Origin: Candidatus Solibacter sp.
GTDB lineage: Bacteria > Acidobacteriota > Terriglobia > Bryobacterales > Bryobacteraceae
DNA length: 64,000 nucleotides
Direction of reading: 5' to 3'
NCBI GenBank assembly: GCA_013822245.1
Contig: PNKE01000055.1
Location: 597-64,596, forward strand
Numbering within the stretch: position 1 is the stretch's first letter; the number at the start of each line of letters is the position of its first letter. The notes beneath the pieces are model-generated. The model saw only the letters and a list, made by a program, of their open reading frames with translations, had not been told where the DNA came from and searched no databases. Below are positions 17,420 to 26,940 of the stretch, in pieces. A program made the position numbers and the translations under genes.

Positions 17420-17512
17420 TCATTTCAATTTGGGCAAACGGAGGCGGCCCTGCATTTCGTAGAGCCAGATGAGGGCGGTATTCATGATGGTCTCGCCGGC
17501 GCCGGCCTCGGC
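17420..17512 (-). pseudogene. Orphan 3'-end fragment duplicating the C-terminus of the gene at 19020-20324
   Basis: Encodes ...AEAGAGETIMNTALIWLYEMQGRLR + short tail + stop. The upstream sequence has no similarity to the full gene. Confidence 0.65.
17439..17512. repeat. 74-bp perfect direct repeat, copy 1
   Basis: Checked base by base and identical to 19048-19121. Confidence 0.9.
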
Positions 17513-17989
17513 CAGTTTCGCCGCGCTCCCACACAAGTTCTGCTTTTCGCGCCCGTGCGCGGGTTGCGCCGCTTGCGCTCCCTCCAAGAGGCAGCTTGCC
17601 CTGAATGACCAGCGCCCCCAGTCCAGAAACGCTGTGTACTGACCCCGCATGCTCGACGCTCTTGAGTTGCGCCACTCGGGGGGCTGCCGCGCAGTTTCCA
17701 GTTCTTAGCGGATACATCCGGAACTGCAGGAATTGGCGTTGACTTACGATTGATTTTTATTAATACTGTATCTAGGTGTTTCGAGTGCAGGACTGAATGC
17801 ACAGGGCCGGGAGATGGCACTCCAAGGAGTTCCGGGAGTACAACGATTCCGCGTTTTGTTAGGACCAACACCCGGTCAGACACGCCTGGTTGCGGGCTGA
17901 GCTTTGGTTTTCACCGAGAGGTGGAGTGGTCAGCCCGGCGTTGATGGAGGATTGACATTGACTTCACGAAGGTCACAGGAGGAGAAAGA

Positions 17990-18658
17990 ATGAAGCATAG
18001 ATTGGTTTTGGCGTGTGTGATGATGGCCGCCTTCGCGGCCACTGCGGGTATCGCGACGGCTGCTGTGATCGTGGCGCCCGTCGCTGGAGTGATCAACAGT
18101 GGTGGGCCCGGGTTCGGCAGCCTGGCCGACACCTTCAATCAGAATGGCCTGTCGAGCGGCTATGTGAGCGGGGTGACGGACTTCGATGTTTACCTTGGCA
18201 CAAATCCGACGCACACCACAACGTTTGGTGGCTTTGAGTGGTTCAGCAACAGTGGCACGAGTTCGGCTAGCGTCACCTACGACCTGGGGTCGGTCATGCA
18301 GATTGACCGGCTGGCGCTTTGGAACGAAGAAAGCTCCGGCATCGGGTCATTGGACCTGTACGGTTCGACTGACAATGTGACGTTCAACCTGATCGTATCG
18401 GGCCTGCTGCCCACCGATCATGCGCTGGTCAACTACGGGGCTGATGTTTTCAACCTGGGGGCGACGAACGCGCGGTATGTGCGGTTCGACATGTCCGGGT
18501 GCCCACAACCGAACAACGGCACTTTCAATGCTTGCGCGATCGGCGAAGTTGCGTTCTCGTCGGGCGGCGCAGGTGCAATTCCTGAGCCGGGTACAGCAGT
18601 TCTGTTGGGCCTTGGTATCGCAGGATTGGGACTGATCCGCCGCAAGCGGGCCAATTAG
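17990..18658 (+). CDS. PEP-CTERM sorting-domain protein with discoidin/F5-8 type C-like domain
   Basis: Signal peptide, then VTYDLGSVMQIDRLALWNEE ... ARYVRFDM. C-terminal IPEPGTAVLLGLGIAGLGLIRRKRAN matches the PEP motif + TM + basic tail. Confidence 0.85.
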   Translation: MKHRLVLACVMMAAFAATAGIATAAVIVAPVAGVINSGGPGFGSLADTFNQNGLSSGYVSGVTDFDVYLGTNPTHTTTFGGFEWFSNSGTSSASVTYDLGSVMQIDRLALWNEESSGIGSLDLYGSTDNVTFNLIVSGLLPTDHALVNYGADVFNLGATNARYVRFDMSGCPQPNNGTFNACAIGEVAFSSGGAGAIPEPGTAVLLGLGIAGLGLIRRKRAN

Positions 18659-18843
18659 GGCTGAGGAGAAGGCGGGTGGCCGACGCGGAGCGAGGCGTCC
18701 AGCCGCCATCGCCGGTCGAATGGGGAGGCCAAGTTCGCCTCGATTCGGTAGCAGACTTTGAACCTCGCAGCCGAATCTGTCGCAGAGAGATTCGAGCAGA
18801 CCCGGCAGGGTATGCCCGGTTCTCTTGAAGAGAAAAGTGTACG

Positions 18844-18884
18844 CCGCCCGCCCTGGCACAAGAGCTGGAGCGGGCGGTTTTTTT
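18844..18884 (+). terminator. Intrinsic terminator
   Basis: CCGCCCGC ... GCGGGCGG stem followed by TTTTTTT. Confidence 0.6.
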
Positions 18885-19019
18885 GTTTCTGGCACCGCAC
18901 AGACAGCGTACCCGTACGCCGCACTCTTCTACGCGGTGAGTGACCTATGGGCGCCGGCGGGGATCAGCGCATCGTTGTGGTCAGAGCGATCTGGAGTCCA
19001 CCCGGCCGGGAATCCTCAT

Positions 19020-20324
19020 TTACCTTGGAGTTCTCGTCCGAGGCGCCCGGAGGCGGCCCTGCATTTCGTAGAGCCAGATGAGGGCGGTATTCATGATGGT
19101 CTCGCCGGCGCCGGCCTCGGCGATGGCGACCTGTTCGTCGGCGCCGTAGCCGCCTTCGGCCGCGCCTTCGATGGTTGGGAAGTACTGGTGGTAACCGTTG
19201 CAGTAGCCGAAGAAGAAGAGTGTTTGGACGCGGGCGCGCTCGCGCAGGCGGATGGCGTGGTTTGAGAAGAACTCGCCGGACGCACCAACCAGGGCGATGT
19301 CGGAATTGAGCAGGGCGACGGTGAGCCAGGGCCGGACGCCAGCGGCGTATTCGTCTTCGTAGTGCCGGACGAGTTCGGGAAAGAAGGCCTTTTCGAAGAG
19401 CAGGCGGACGAAGGCGTTTTTAAGATCGACGCGCGGGGTGAAGCGCAGGCGGTCTTCCCTCACCTGGAGGCTGGGCTTGACGACGGCTTTGGGTGTGAGC
19501 GAGCGGGCCAGTTTCACAGCCTCGGCGCCGAGGGCTTGGCCGTAGGCCTGGTAGTCCTTGCCGCCGCGCTCGGTGCGCTGGTCGCCGGCGGCGCCCTGGA
19601 TGAAGACGGGCGCGGCGTTCATGGCCTGGCTGATGGTGTGTTTGAGGGCGCCGGCGTAATCGGCGGAGAACTTGAGTGTCTGCGACGGGATTGTGGTGGG
19701 GTGGGCGGCCCAGTTCACCAGGACGGCGATGGGCGAGCCGGAGGCGGAGTCGAGCCGAAGGATGGTGAGGGATTTGTCGCCGGGCTTGGGTTCGAGCTTG
19801 GAATGGCGGTTGGCGTTGAACCCTTCGAGTTGGATGGAGCCGGCGGCGACGTGGGCGGGCTGAAGTTTCGAGTTGGCTTCGATGACGGCCTCGGCGATGG
19901 CGTTTTCCATTTGCGTGTAGTAGCGCAGGGCTGCGTCGAAGCGGCCCTTGCCCTTGCCTTCGGCGCCGGTGAACTCGAGGACCGGGCCGTGGTGGGTATG
20001 CGAGCCGGCGATGAAAGAGTGGGCGATGCCGGTCTCTTTGAGGATGCGGGCGCGGATGCGCTGGAGCGAGGGTTCGGCGGGAGCGCGGCCGAGATCGAGG
20101 CCGACGATGGCCAGTTTCGAGCCGCCGGCGTCGATGACCAGGGCGTCGGCGTAGAGCGGATCGATGACGCCTTCGGAGAGCTTGTCGTGTCGGTCGCCGT
20201 AGCCCCACATGGGGACGGGTTCGCGGGGCGTGATGTCGCGGCGGGCGGCGCCGGCCTGGAAGGTCTGCGCGGAGAGCGCCGAGGCGCAAAGCAGCAGGAG
20301 GGCGAGGTGGCTGAAGGTGCTCAT
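19020..20324 (-). CDS. Exported neutral/alkaline ceramidase-like hydrolase
   Basis: Signal peptide MSTFSHLALLLLCASALSAQ. The N-terminal pattern ARRDITPREPVPMWGYGDR ... DPLYADALVIDAGGSKLAIVGLDL resembles the non-lysosomal ceramidase N-terminal domain, recognised from memory. Confidence 0.6.
   Translation of the reverse strand: MSTFSHLALLLLCASALSAQTFQAGAARRDITPREPVPMWGYGDRHDKLSEGVIDPLYADALVIDAGGSKLAIVGLDLGRAPAEPSLQRIRARILKETGIAHSFIAGSHTHHGPVLEFTGAEGKGKGRFDAALRYYTQMENAIAEAVIEANSKLQPAHVAAGSIQLEGFNANRHSKLEPKPGDKSLTILRLDSASGSPIAVLVNWAAHPTTIPSQTLKFSADYAGALKHTISQAMNAAPVFIQGAAGDQRTERGGKDYQAYGQALGAEAVKLARSLTPKAVVKPSLQVREDRLRFTPRVDLKNAFVRLLFEKAFFPELVRHYEDEYAAGVRPWLTVALLNSDIALVGASGEFFSNHAIRLRERARVQTLFFFGYCNGYHQYFPTIEGAAEGGYGADEQVAIAEAGAGETIMNTALIWLYEMQGRLRAPRTRTPR
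19048..19121. repeat. 74-bp perfect direct repeat, copy 2 (inside the 3' end of the intact gene)
   Basis: Identical to 17439-17512. Confidence 0.9.
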
Positions 20325-20484
20325 GGGAGGAGAGATTTCAATTTAGCTCAGAGTGCGGGACCGACGGCGGGGATGTGCGCGAATCCAATTGTAGACATAC
20401 GGATCTGATAGGCGTAAATTAGATCTGACGCATCGCATCCCGGTATGGATTTGCGGTTGAGGACGGATTGCGGGAGGTAAACGC

Positions 20485-21978
20485 ATGAGCGGATTCGACA
20501 AGCTGAATCGCAGGATGTTTCTCGGCACGAGCGCGGCGGGGATGACGCTGGCGGCGCGGACCGAGGCGCAGGCGGCGCTGGCGGCCGAGCGGGATGAATG
20601 GCCGAAGCTGAAGCCGGCGACGATCCACAAGATCTACGTCGGCCGCGCGGGGTCGACTGTGAACGCGGCGGGGCGGACGGTGCAGTATCTCACCTGGGGC
20701 CAGGATGAGATCAACAAGATGAACGCGCACCTGGACGGGCTGGAGAAGCGGCTTGGGGACGTGAAGTTTGTCGGCGGCGAGACGATTCCGCCGGCCAACG
20801 CGGCCGAAGTCGCGGCGCGGGCCGAAGGGGCGGATGGGATTCTGCTGGTATGGCTGTCGGGGCATGGGGGCGATTACGCAACGCTTGAGAAGTTGAGCTT
20901 CGGGTTGAAGAAGCCGGCGGTGTCGTTCTTCCAGCCGTTCAGCGGGCATGGCTGGATGTGGCACCAGCAGTGGAAGGGCCGCAAGGTGCTGCTGCTGTCG
21001 ACAACCGACCGCAAGGAACTGGACGAGGCGGTGGCGCTGCTGCGGGTGCCGGCGCTGATGAAGCAGACGCGGATCCTGGCGATCGACGGGCCGCGGGGGA
21101 CCAAGGCGTCATGTGATGCCGCGCTGGTGAAAGCGAAGCTGGGCGCGGATCTGATTTCGATCAACAACGCGCAGGTGCTGGAGATGGCCAAGGCGATCGA
21201 CATGAAGCTGGCCGTGGCCGAAGCGGAGAATTACTGGATCAAACCGGCGATCGGCATTCTGGAGCCGACGCGGGACGAGATCATCGATTCGGCGCGGTAC
21301 TACCTGGCGGTGAAAAAGCTGATGATCGAGGAGCGCGTGCAGGGCATCTGCAGCACGGCGTGCATGGGGACGCCGCGCGCCTGTCTGACGTTCAGCAAGC
21401 TGTGCGACCTGGGGCTGGTGGGCGCGTGCGAGGGCGACATCGATTCGACGCTGACGATGCTGCTTTTCGCACATGCGTTCCGCGAGCCGGGGTTCATCAC
21501 AGACCCGGTGGTGGATGAATCGAAGAACGCGCTGGTGCAGTTCCATTGCACGTCGTTCACGCAGCGGGCCGATGGCAGCCGGATGCCGTTTTTGATCCGC
21601 AACCAGACCGACAGCGGCGGCGGCGTGGCCCTGCAGGTGCAGTGGCAGGTGGGCGAGCCGGTGACGATGGCGAAGCTGGTGAACCTGGACACGATGCTGG
21701 CGGTGCCGGGCAGGATCACCGAGACGGGGACGAGCCCGCTGGCCTGCCGCACCCAATTCACCCAGACCGTGCGCGACGCGCGGCACCTGTTCCTGAACTG
21801 GGGCGGCGGAGCGATCGTGAATCCGGGGAGCCCCGGGGATCTGTCGCAGTACGCCGGGGCGATGCCGATGCTGCACCGGGCGGTTTTCTACGGCGACCAC
21901 ATGCGCGGCATCAAGCGGCTGGGCGACCTGATGGGCTTCCGTGTGCTGGAAGAGGATCTGCCGCCGCGGACGACATAG
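20485..21978 (+). CDS. L-fucose/L-arabinose isomerase-like protein with twin-arginine signal
   Basis: NRRMFLGTSAAGMTLAARTEAQA Tat-type leader. GACEGDIDSTLTMLLF resembles the conserved isomerase-family motif. This is a family-level guess only. Confidence 0.5.
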   Translation: MSGFDKLNRRMFLGTSAAGMTLAARTEAQAALAAERDEWPKLKPATIHKIYVGRAGSTVNAAGRTVQYLTWGQDEINKMNAHLDGLEKRLGDVKFVGGETIPPANAAEVAARAEGADGILLVWLSGHGGDYATLEKLSFGLKKPAVSFFQPFSGHGWMWHQQWKGRKVLLLSTTDRKELDEAVALLRVPALMKQTRILAIDGPRGTKASCDAALVKAKLGADLISINNAQVLEMAKAIDMKLAVAEAENYWIKPAIGILEPTRDEIIDSARYYLAVKKLMIEERVQGICSTACMGTPRACLTFSKLCDLGLVGACEGDIDSTLTMLLFAHAFREPGFITDPVVDESKNALVQFHCTSFTQRADGSRMPFLIRNQTDSGGGVALQVQWQVGEPVTMAKLVNLDTMLAVPGRITETGTSPLACRTQFTQTVRDARHLFLNWGGGAIVNPGSPGDLSQYAGAMPMLHRAVFYGDHMRGIKRLGDLMGFRVLEEDLPPRTT

Positions 21979-22104
21979 AGCCTGCTGATAGACAAGTGGC
22001 GGAGCGCGGTGGGAATTCAGTCTTGACGCTTGGTGTATACTCATTTGTACACTTTGGACTCCGGCCATCGGGGTCTATCCACTGGCCAACTGGGATAACC
22101 GTCA

Positions 22105-24303
22105 ATGCAGTCAGACGACAGGACTCTCACCAGTTTTGGTGCGGATCAGCCAGCGCAGCCACAACGCGCGGGCAAGTACCGGATTGTGGGCAGGATCGGC
22201 CAGGGCGGGATGGGTGTAGTCTACCTGGCGGTGGATGACGACCTGGCCCGGATGGTGGCGCTGAAGTTCATTCCCCCGCACCTGGCCGCCGATCCCACGA
22301 TGGAGCAGAGGTTTCTGCGCGAGGCACGGGCCGCATCGGCTCTGGACCACGTCAACATAGGCACCATTTTCGGAGTCGAGGAGACCGAGGGCCGCCGCTT
22401 CATCGTGATGGCCTATTACGAAGGCCAGAACCTGAGCCAGCGGGCCGCCGACGCGGCGCGGCCCATCGATCAGCAGGAGGCCGTGGCCATCGCCGCCCAG
22501 ATCGCGCGCGGCCTGGCTGAAGCCCATGCGCGGGGCGTGGTCCACCGTGATATCAAGCCGTCCAATATCCTGATCACCGGTCAGGGCGTTGTCAAAATCG
22601 TGGACTTCGGCCTGGCCAATATCGCCGGTGGCGATCAACTGACGGTCGCCGGCGCGCGGATGGGTACGCCGGCCTATATGTCGCCGGAACAGGCTCTGGG
22701 CGAGACCGCCGGCCCGCAATCGGACATCTGGTCATTGGGTGTGGTTCTGTGCGAGATGCTGACGGGCATTCAGGCGTTTGACTCTAACTCGGTCCCGGCG
22801 ATCCTGTTCAAAGTGGTCCACGGCGTCCTCCCGGCTCTGGACCACGTCGACCCCGCGCTGCAGGCGATCGTAAACAAGGCGATGGAGCGCGACCCGGCGC
22901 GGCGTTATCAGCGGATGGAGGAGATGCTGCGGGCGCTCGAGTCGCTGCCAGCAGGTCTGGCGCCGCGCACCGAGCCAACGAGGTTGGCGCACCCGGCACG
23001 CACTCCGGCCCCCGGTCCGCGGCTATTCGCCGGTCTGCGGCGGCGGACCGTCATCGGGGCGCTGGCCGCGGCCGCGGTGGTTACGGCCGGCGCCTACTTT
23101 GTGAACTGGCAGTCCAATAGGCAGCGGCCGCCGGGTGCGGTAACTGCCGCCTCGGGCGCATACGAGAAGTACATGGACGGTTTGGAACTGGTCAAAAGAT
23201 GGGACAAGGGCGACAACCTCGATCAGGCGATCGCCCTGTTCACCGGGTCCACGCGCATCGATCCGCGCTTCGCGCTGGCCTTCGCCCGGCTGGCCGATGC
23301 GCAACGCATCCGTTATGCGCTGTCGCGCGACAAAGCCCACCTCGATCAGGCTGCGTCGAACGCCGAACATGCCGCCTCGCTGAACCCCGGACTCGCCCCG
23401 GTGCAGGTGGCGCTCGGCCGCATCCACGCCATGCGCGGGAACAACGATCTCGCCTATAGCTGTTTCGAAACCGCCATGCGTATCGATCCCAACGATCCCG
23501 AGGCCAACCAGGCCATCGCCCGCCAGTACGAGCGCCTCGGACGGCTGAAAGACGCCGAGAATGCCTACAAACGCGCCCTCTCCCTCGACCCCGACAGCAT
23601 CTCCATCCACGATTCCTTCGCCAACTTCCTCTTCCGCCAGAGCCGGCACAACGAGGCCATCCGCGAGTGGCAGGCCGTCATCCGCCTGGCTCCCGACAAT
23701 GCGCCGGCCTACGTCAACCTGGGTTCGTCGCTCAGCGAGACGGGCAACATCGCCGAGGCCGTTTCCATGTACCAGCGGGCCGTGGAACTCAAGCCCAGCT
23801 ACATGGCCTTCAGCAACCTCGGCACCGCCTACTCGCGGGCCAGACGCTATCCCGAGGCTGTCGCCGCCTATGAAAAAGCGATCGGTTTGAACGCCAACGA
23901 CCACATGGTGTGGGGCAATCTCGCCTATGTTTACTCCTGGATGGGCCCCCCCATGCAGTCCAAGGCGGCGGTGGCGTTTGCGCGCGCCATCCAGATGGCG
24001 GAAGCCAAGAGAAAGGACTCTCCCCGTGATGCCTTCGTCTACAGCGATCTCGCTCTCTACTACGCCAAAACCGGCAAACATCAACTCTCCGTCCAGCGCC
24101 TCGGCACCGCCCTCGCCCTCTCGCCCGGAAGCCCCGAAATTCAGGCCGCCGCCGCCGAAGCCTCGCTGCTGCTGGGACAGCGCGGTCAGGCCGTCACATA
24201 CGCGGTCAGCGCGATCAAGTCCGGCTATTCCAATCAGCGCCTGCGCCGCAACCCCGAACTCGCGGGACTGCTGATTGATCCCAGTTTCAGTGCTTTGCAG
24301 TAG
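22105..24303 (+). CDS. Serine/threonine protein kinase with TM segment and C-terminal TPR repeats
   Basis: GQGGMGVVY, HRDIKPSNIL, DFGLA, GTPAYMSPEQ. TM VIGALAAAAVVTAGAYFV. Multiple TPR-like A..Y..AL.L.P repeats. Confidence 0.9.
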   Translation: MQSDDRTLTSFGADQPAQPQRAGKYRIVGRIGQGGMGVVYLAVDDDLARMVALKFIPPHLAADPTMEQRFLREARAASALDHVNIGTIFGVEETEGRRFIVMAYYEGQNLSQRAADAARPIDQQEAVAIAAQIARGLAEAHARGVVHRDIKPSNILITGQGVVKIVDFGLANIAGGDQLTVAGARMGTPAYMSPEQALGETAGPQSDIWSLGVVLCEMLTGIQAFDSNSVPAILFKVVHGVLPALDHVDPALQAIVNKAMERDPARRYQRMEEMLRALESLPAGLAPRTEPTRLAHPARTPAPGPRLFAGLRRRTVIGALAAAAVVTAGAYFVNWQSNRQRPPGAVTAASGAYEKYMDGLELVKRWDKGDNLDQAIALFTGSTRIDPRFALAFARLADAQRIRYALSRDKAHLDQAASNAEHAASLNPGLAPVQVALGRIHAMRGNNDLAYSCFETAMRIDPNDPEANQAIARQYERLGRLKDAENAYKRALSLDPDSISIHDSFANFLFRQSRHNEAIREWQAVIRLAPDNAPAYVNLGSSLSETGNIAEAVSMYQRAVELKPSYMAFSNLGTAYSRARRYPEAVAAYEKAIGLNANDHMVWGNLAYVYSWMGPPMQSKAAVAFARAIQMAEAKRKDSPRDAFVYSDLALYYAKTGKHQLSVQRLGTALALSPGSPEIQAAAAEASLLLGQRGQAVTYAVSAIKSGYSNQRLRRNPELAGLLIDPSFSALQ

Positions 24304-24379
24304 CAGTGCGGCTCGGCCGGTCCAATGGGCCAGGATGTTCCGCAAACGATACAGACCACATCGATCTCAGGAGACAACC

Positions 24380-24667
24380 ATGGCAGACTTCAATATCGTG
24401 ATCGGCGCCAACGGCGACCCCAGCCCCACCAACCTCGACTGCAAGGCCGGTGACAAAATCACCTGGACCAACAACAACACGCAGTCGATCAACTCATTTA
24501 CCCTCCCTTCCTGCGTCTCGCCCAACACCAGTCCCGCACCTCTCGCCCCGGCGGCGACATCCCGCCAGTACACCGTCACCGGCGCCCCAAACGACTACGC
24601 CTACAGCTATGTCTTGCCCTCCATTGAGAGCGATACCCGCGGCGGAACGATCGACGTCGGTTCCTGA
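24380..24667 (+). CDS. Small hypothetical protein, cupredoxin-like strand pattern but no His
   Basis: Internal ATG preceded by caGGAGAca. KAGDKITWTNNN resembles a cupredoxin strand. Followed by a strong terminator. Confidence 0.5.
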   Translation: MADFNIVIGANGDPSPTNLDCKAGDKITWTNNNTQSINSFTLPSCVSPNTSPAPLAPAATSRQYTVTGAPNDYAYSYVLPSIESDTRGGTIDVGS

Positions 24668-24685
24668 GACTCAATCCCAAGTCCG

Positions 24686-24717
24686 GCCCCCGCACCAGCG
24701 CGGGGGCACTTTTTTTT
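24686..24717 (+). terminator. Intrinsic terminator
   Basis: GCCCCCGC-accagc-GCGGGGGC followed by a T8 run. Confidence 0.75.
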
Positions 24718-24825
24718 CGTCCTCATTCCCCGCCAACGTCTCCACGCGATTCTGGGCCAGGCCCTGCGCTGCAGGCGTGAAAATAGTCTCCTGTCCGGCA
24801 CTCGGAGCCCGTCGCTCTCCCTCCA

Positions 24826-26940
24826 CTACCCCTTCAGCGGCATCGACCGGAAACGGCGGCCGGAGCCGTGGAACTGGGCGTTGGCCATGGCCGGGGCGAC
24901 GGCGATGATGGGGGTTTCGCCGGCCCCGGCGGGTTCGGTGTCCTTGCGGTCGAGGAAGATCAGGTCCATCTTCGGCGTGTCGGCGAAGCGGGGCACGCGG
25001 TAACGGGAGAACATGTTGGAGGTGACGCGTCCGTTTTCGAAGACCATCTCCTCGCGCGTGGCCGCGCCGAGTCCCATGAGGATGCAGCCTTCCACCTGGG
25101 ATCGCAGACCGGCGGGGTTCATGATGGGTCCGCATTCGAACGCCTGGACGATTTCGACGAGGCGAGGCGGCTGCCCTGCCCCACCGGGTTCGACCTCGAC
25201 GCAGGCGGCGACGACCGAGCCCTTGTCCGTGCCGCAGGCCAGGCCGACGCCGCGGCCGGCTTGCTTCCGCCGCCAGCGGGCTTTGAAGTTGAAGCGCTCG
25301 GCGGCGGCGATCAGCACGGCGCGGAGGCGGGGATTGGTGAGGTTGGCGAGGCGGAATTCGAGCGGGTCGAGTCCGGCCTTGGCGGCGAGTTCGTCGATGA
25401 ACGACTCGCGGGCGAAATTGTTCGCGGCGGCGGCGAGGCAGCGGTAAGAGCCCTGGCGCAGCGGCGAATCGGCTTCGATGAAACGCGTGTCGCGGTTGGC
25501 GACCTCGTAAGGGATATCCAGCGCGGCCGTGCCGGAGTTGATGTTGGCCATCTTCCAGGCGGTGAGTTTGCTGCCGTCGAGGGCGGCTTCGCAAGTGATG
25601 ACGGCCGCCGGGCGCGAGTAGGCCCAGGTGAACTCTTCCTGGCGCGACCAGCGCAGCCAGACCGGCCGGTTCACCTGTTTCGCCATGCGGGCTGCCTCGA
25701 TGGCGGCCTCGCCGGTGTGCTTGCCGCCGAAGCCGCCGCCGAAGTCGGGGACGATGACGCGCACGGCGGCGGGCTGGATGCCGAAGGCCTGGGCCAGCGC
25801 GGAGCGAACCGCGAAGGGGTTCGACGTGCCTGTCCAGACGGTCAGTTTGCCGGCCGTCCATTCGGCGACGGCGGACCGGGGCTCCATGGGTGCGTGTTGC
25901 ACATAGGCGGCGTTGTATTCGGCCTGCAACTTGACCGATGCCGAGGCAAGGATCTTATCCGGCTCGCCGGAAGTGTTGCCGCGCCCGGCGCCTTTGGCGG
26001 TCCGCTTGAGATGGTCATAGAGGACGGTGGACGACGGGTGGGGCTTTTCCTGCCACTTGGCCGAGTCGGACATGGCGCGGACGGCGCGGCGGGCGGCATG
26101 GGCGTTAGGCCCAACCGCGGCGACGAACTCGCCGTCGCGGATGGCCGTCGCGCCGGCGATGGTCTTGGCCGCTTCAAGGTCGATCGATTGAAGCGCGGCG
26201 CCGTAGGCGGGCGGGCGCAGGACGCAGCCGTAGACCATGCCGGGGCGCGTGATGTCGGAGGGGAACTGGTATTTGCCGGTGACGATGTCGCCTCCGTTCA
26301 GGCGGGTCTGCGACTTACCGAGGACGGTCCATTCGGCGGGCGCGGTGAGCGTTGCGCTGCCGGGGGCGCGTTTCATCGATTCGGTGAAACCGTCGCTCGC
26401 GGCGAGCTGGGCGTAGGTGAAGCGGCGGCCGGAAGCATGAGCGGCGCCATCTTTGACGGTGATGGCGGACTGATCAACCTGGAACTTCGCGGCGGCCGCG
26501 GCGACGAGGATTTCACGGGCGGCGGCGGCGGCCTGGCGGACAGCGGGGACCGTCGATGGCGTGGTCCGGCTGCCGGCCGTGAGTCCGTCGTCGGGGGTGC
26601 GATCAGTGTCGGCCATGACGACGCCGATCCGCGAAACGGGGACTCTCAACTCCTCGGCGGCGGCCATGCCGAGTTGGGTGAGCGCGCCCTGGCCTTCCTC
26701 GACCTTGCCGTTGAGGACGGTGATGCGGCCGTCTTTTCCGATGATGAGGCGGGCGTCGAGCGAGGTGACGGCGCGGCCCCACTGGGCGTCGCTCTCGGTG
26801 GCGAAAACGGCGATCAGCAGGCCCGAAGCGGTGAGTTGGATGAACCCGCGGCGGTCGACGCCCGCGAACCGCACGGGCGTTTCGCGCAGTTCGTAGCGTT
26901 CGGGATCGGCCAGTGCGGCGGCCCTATTCTGCTCCAACAT
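24826..26940 (-). CDS. Molybdopterin-binding subunit of a xanthine dehydrogenase/aldehyde oxidase family enzyme (IorB-like)
   Basis: 704 aa. The typical pattern with GGGFGGK is present, and it overlaps the upstream 2Fe-2S subunit gene by 17 nt. Confidence 0.85.
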   Translation of the reverse strand: MLEQNRAAALADPERYELRETPVRFAGVDRRGFIQLTASGLLIAVFATESDAQWGRAVTSLDARLIIGKDGRITVLNGKVEEGQGALTQLGMAAAEELRVPVSRIGVVMADTDRTPDDGLTAGSRTTPSTVPAVRQAAAAAREILVAAAAAKFQVDQSAITVKDGAAHASGRRFTYAQLAASDGFTESMKRAPGSATLTAPAEWTVLGKSQTRLNGGDIVTGKYQFPSDITRPGMVYGCVLRPPAYGAALQSIDLEAAKTIAGATAIRDGEFVAAVGPNAHAARRAVRAMSDSAKWQEKPHPSSTVLYDHLKRTAKGAGRGNTSGEPDKILASASVKLQAEYNAAYVQHAPMEPRSAVAEWTAGKLTVWTGTSNPFAVRSALAQAFGIQPAAVRVIVPDFGGGFGGKHTGEAAIEAARMAKQVNRPVWLRWSRQEEFTWAYSRPAAVITCEAALDGSKLTAWKMANINSGTAALDIPYEVANRDTRFIEADSPLRQGSYRCLAAAANNFARESFIDELAAKAGLDPLEFRLANLTNPRLRAVLIAAAERFNFKARWRRKQAGRGVGLACGTDKGSVVAACVEVEPGGAGQPPRLVEIVQAFECGPIMNPAGLRSQVEGCILMGLGAATREEMVFENGRVTSNMFSRYRVPRFADTPKMDLIFLDRKDTEPAGAGETPIIAVAPAMANAQFHGSGRRFRSMPLKG

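Noticed and set aside
17513-17989. ~480-nt ORF-free, partly AT-richer stretch upstream of the PEP-CTERM gene, considered as an ncRNA or riboswitch
   Set aside because: I see a possible TTGACT...TAATAC promoter near 17741, but no convincing conserved structure or known riboswitch core. It is most simply a long promoter/5' UTR belonging to the inserted cassette.
20395-20440. Direct repeat AGATCTGA...AGATCTGA between the divergent ceramidase-like and isomerase-like genes
   Set aside because: It is only 8 nt, occurs as a single pair, and has no dyad symmetry, so it is compatible with chance.
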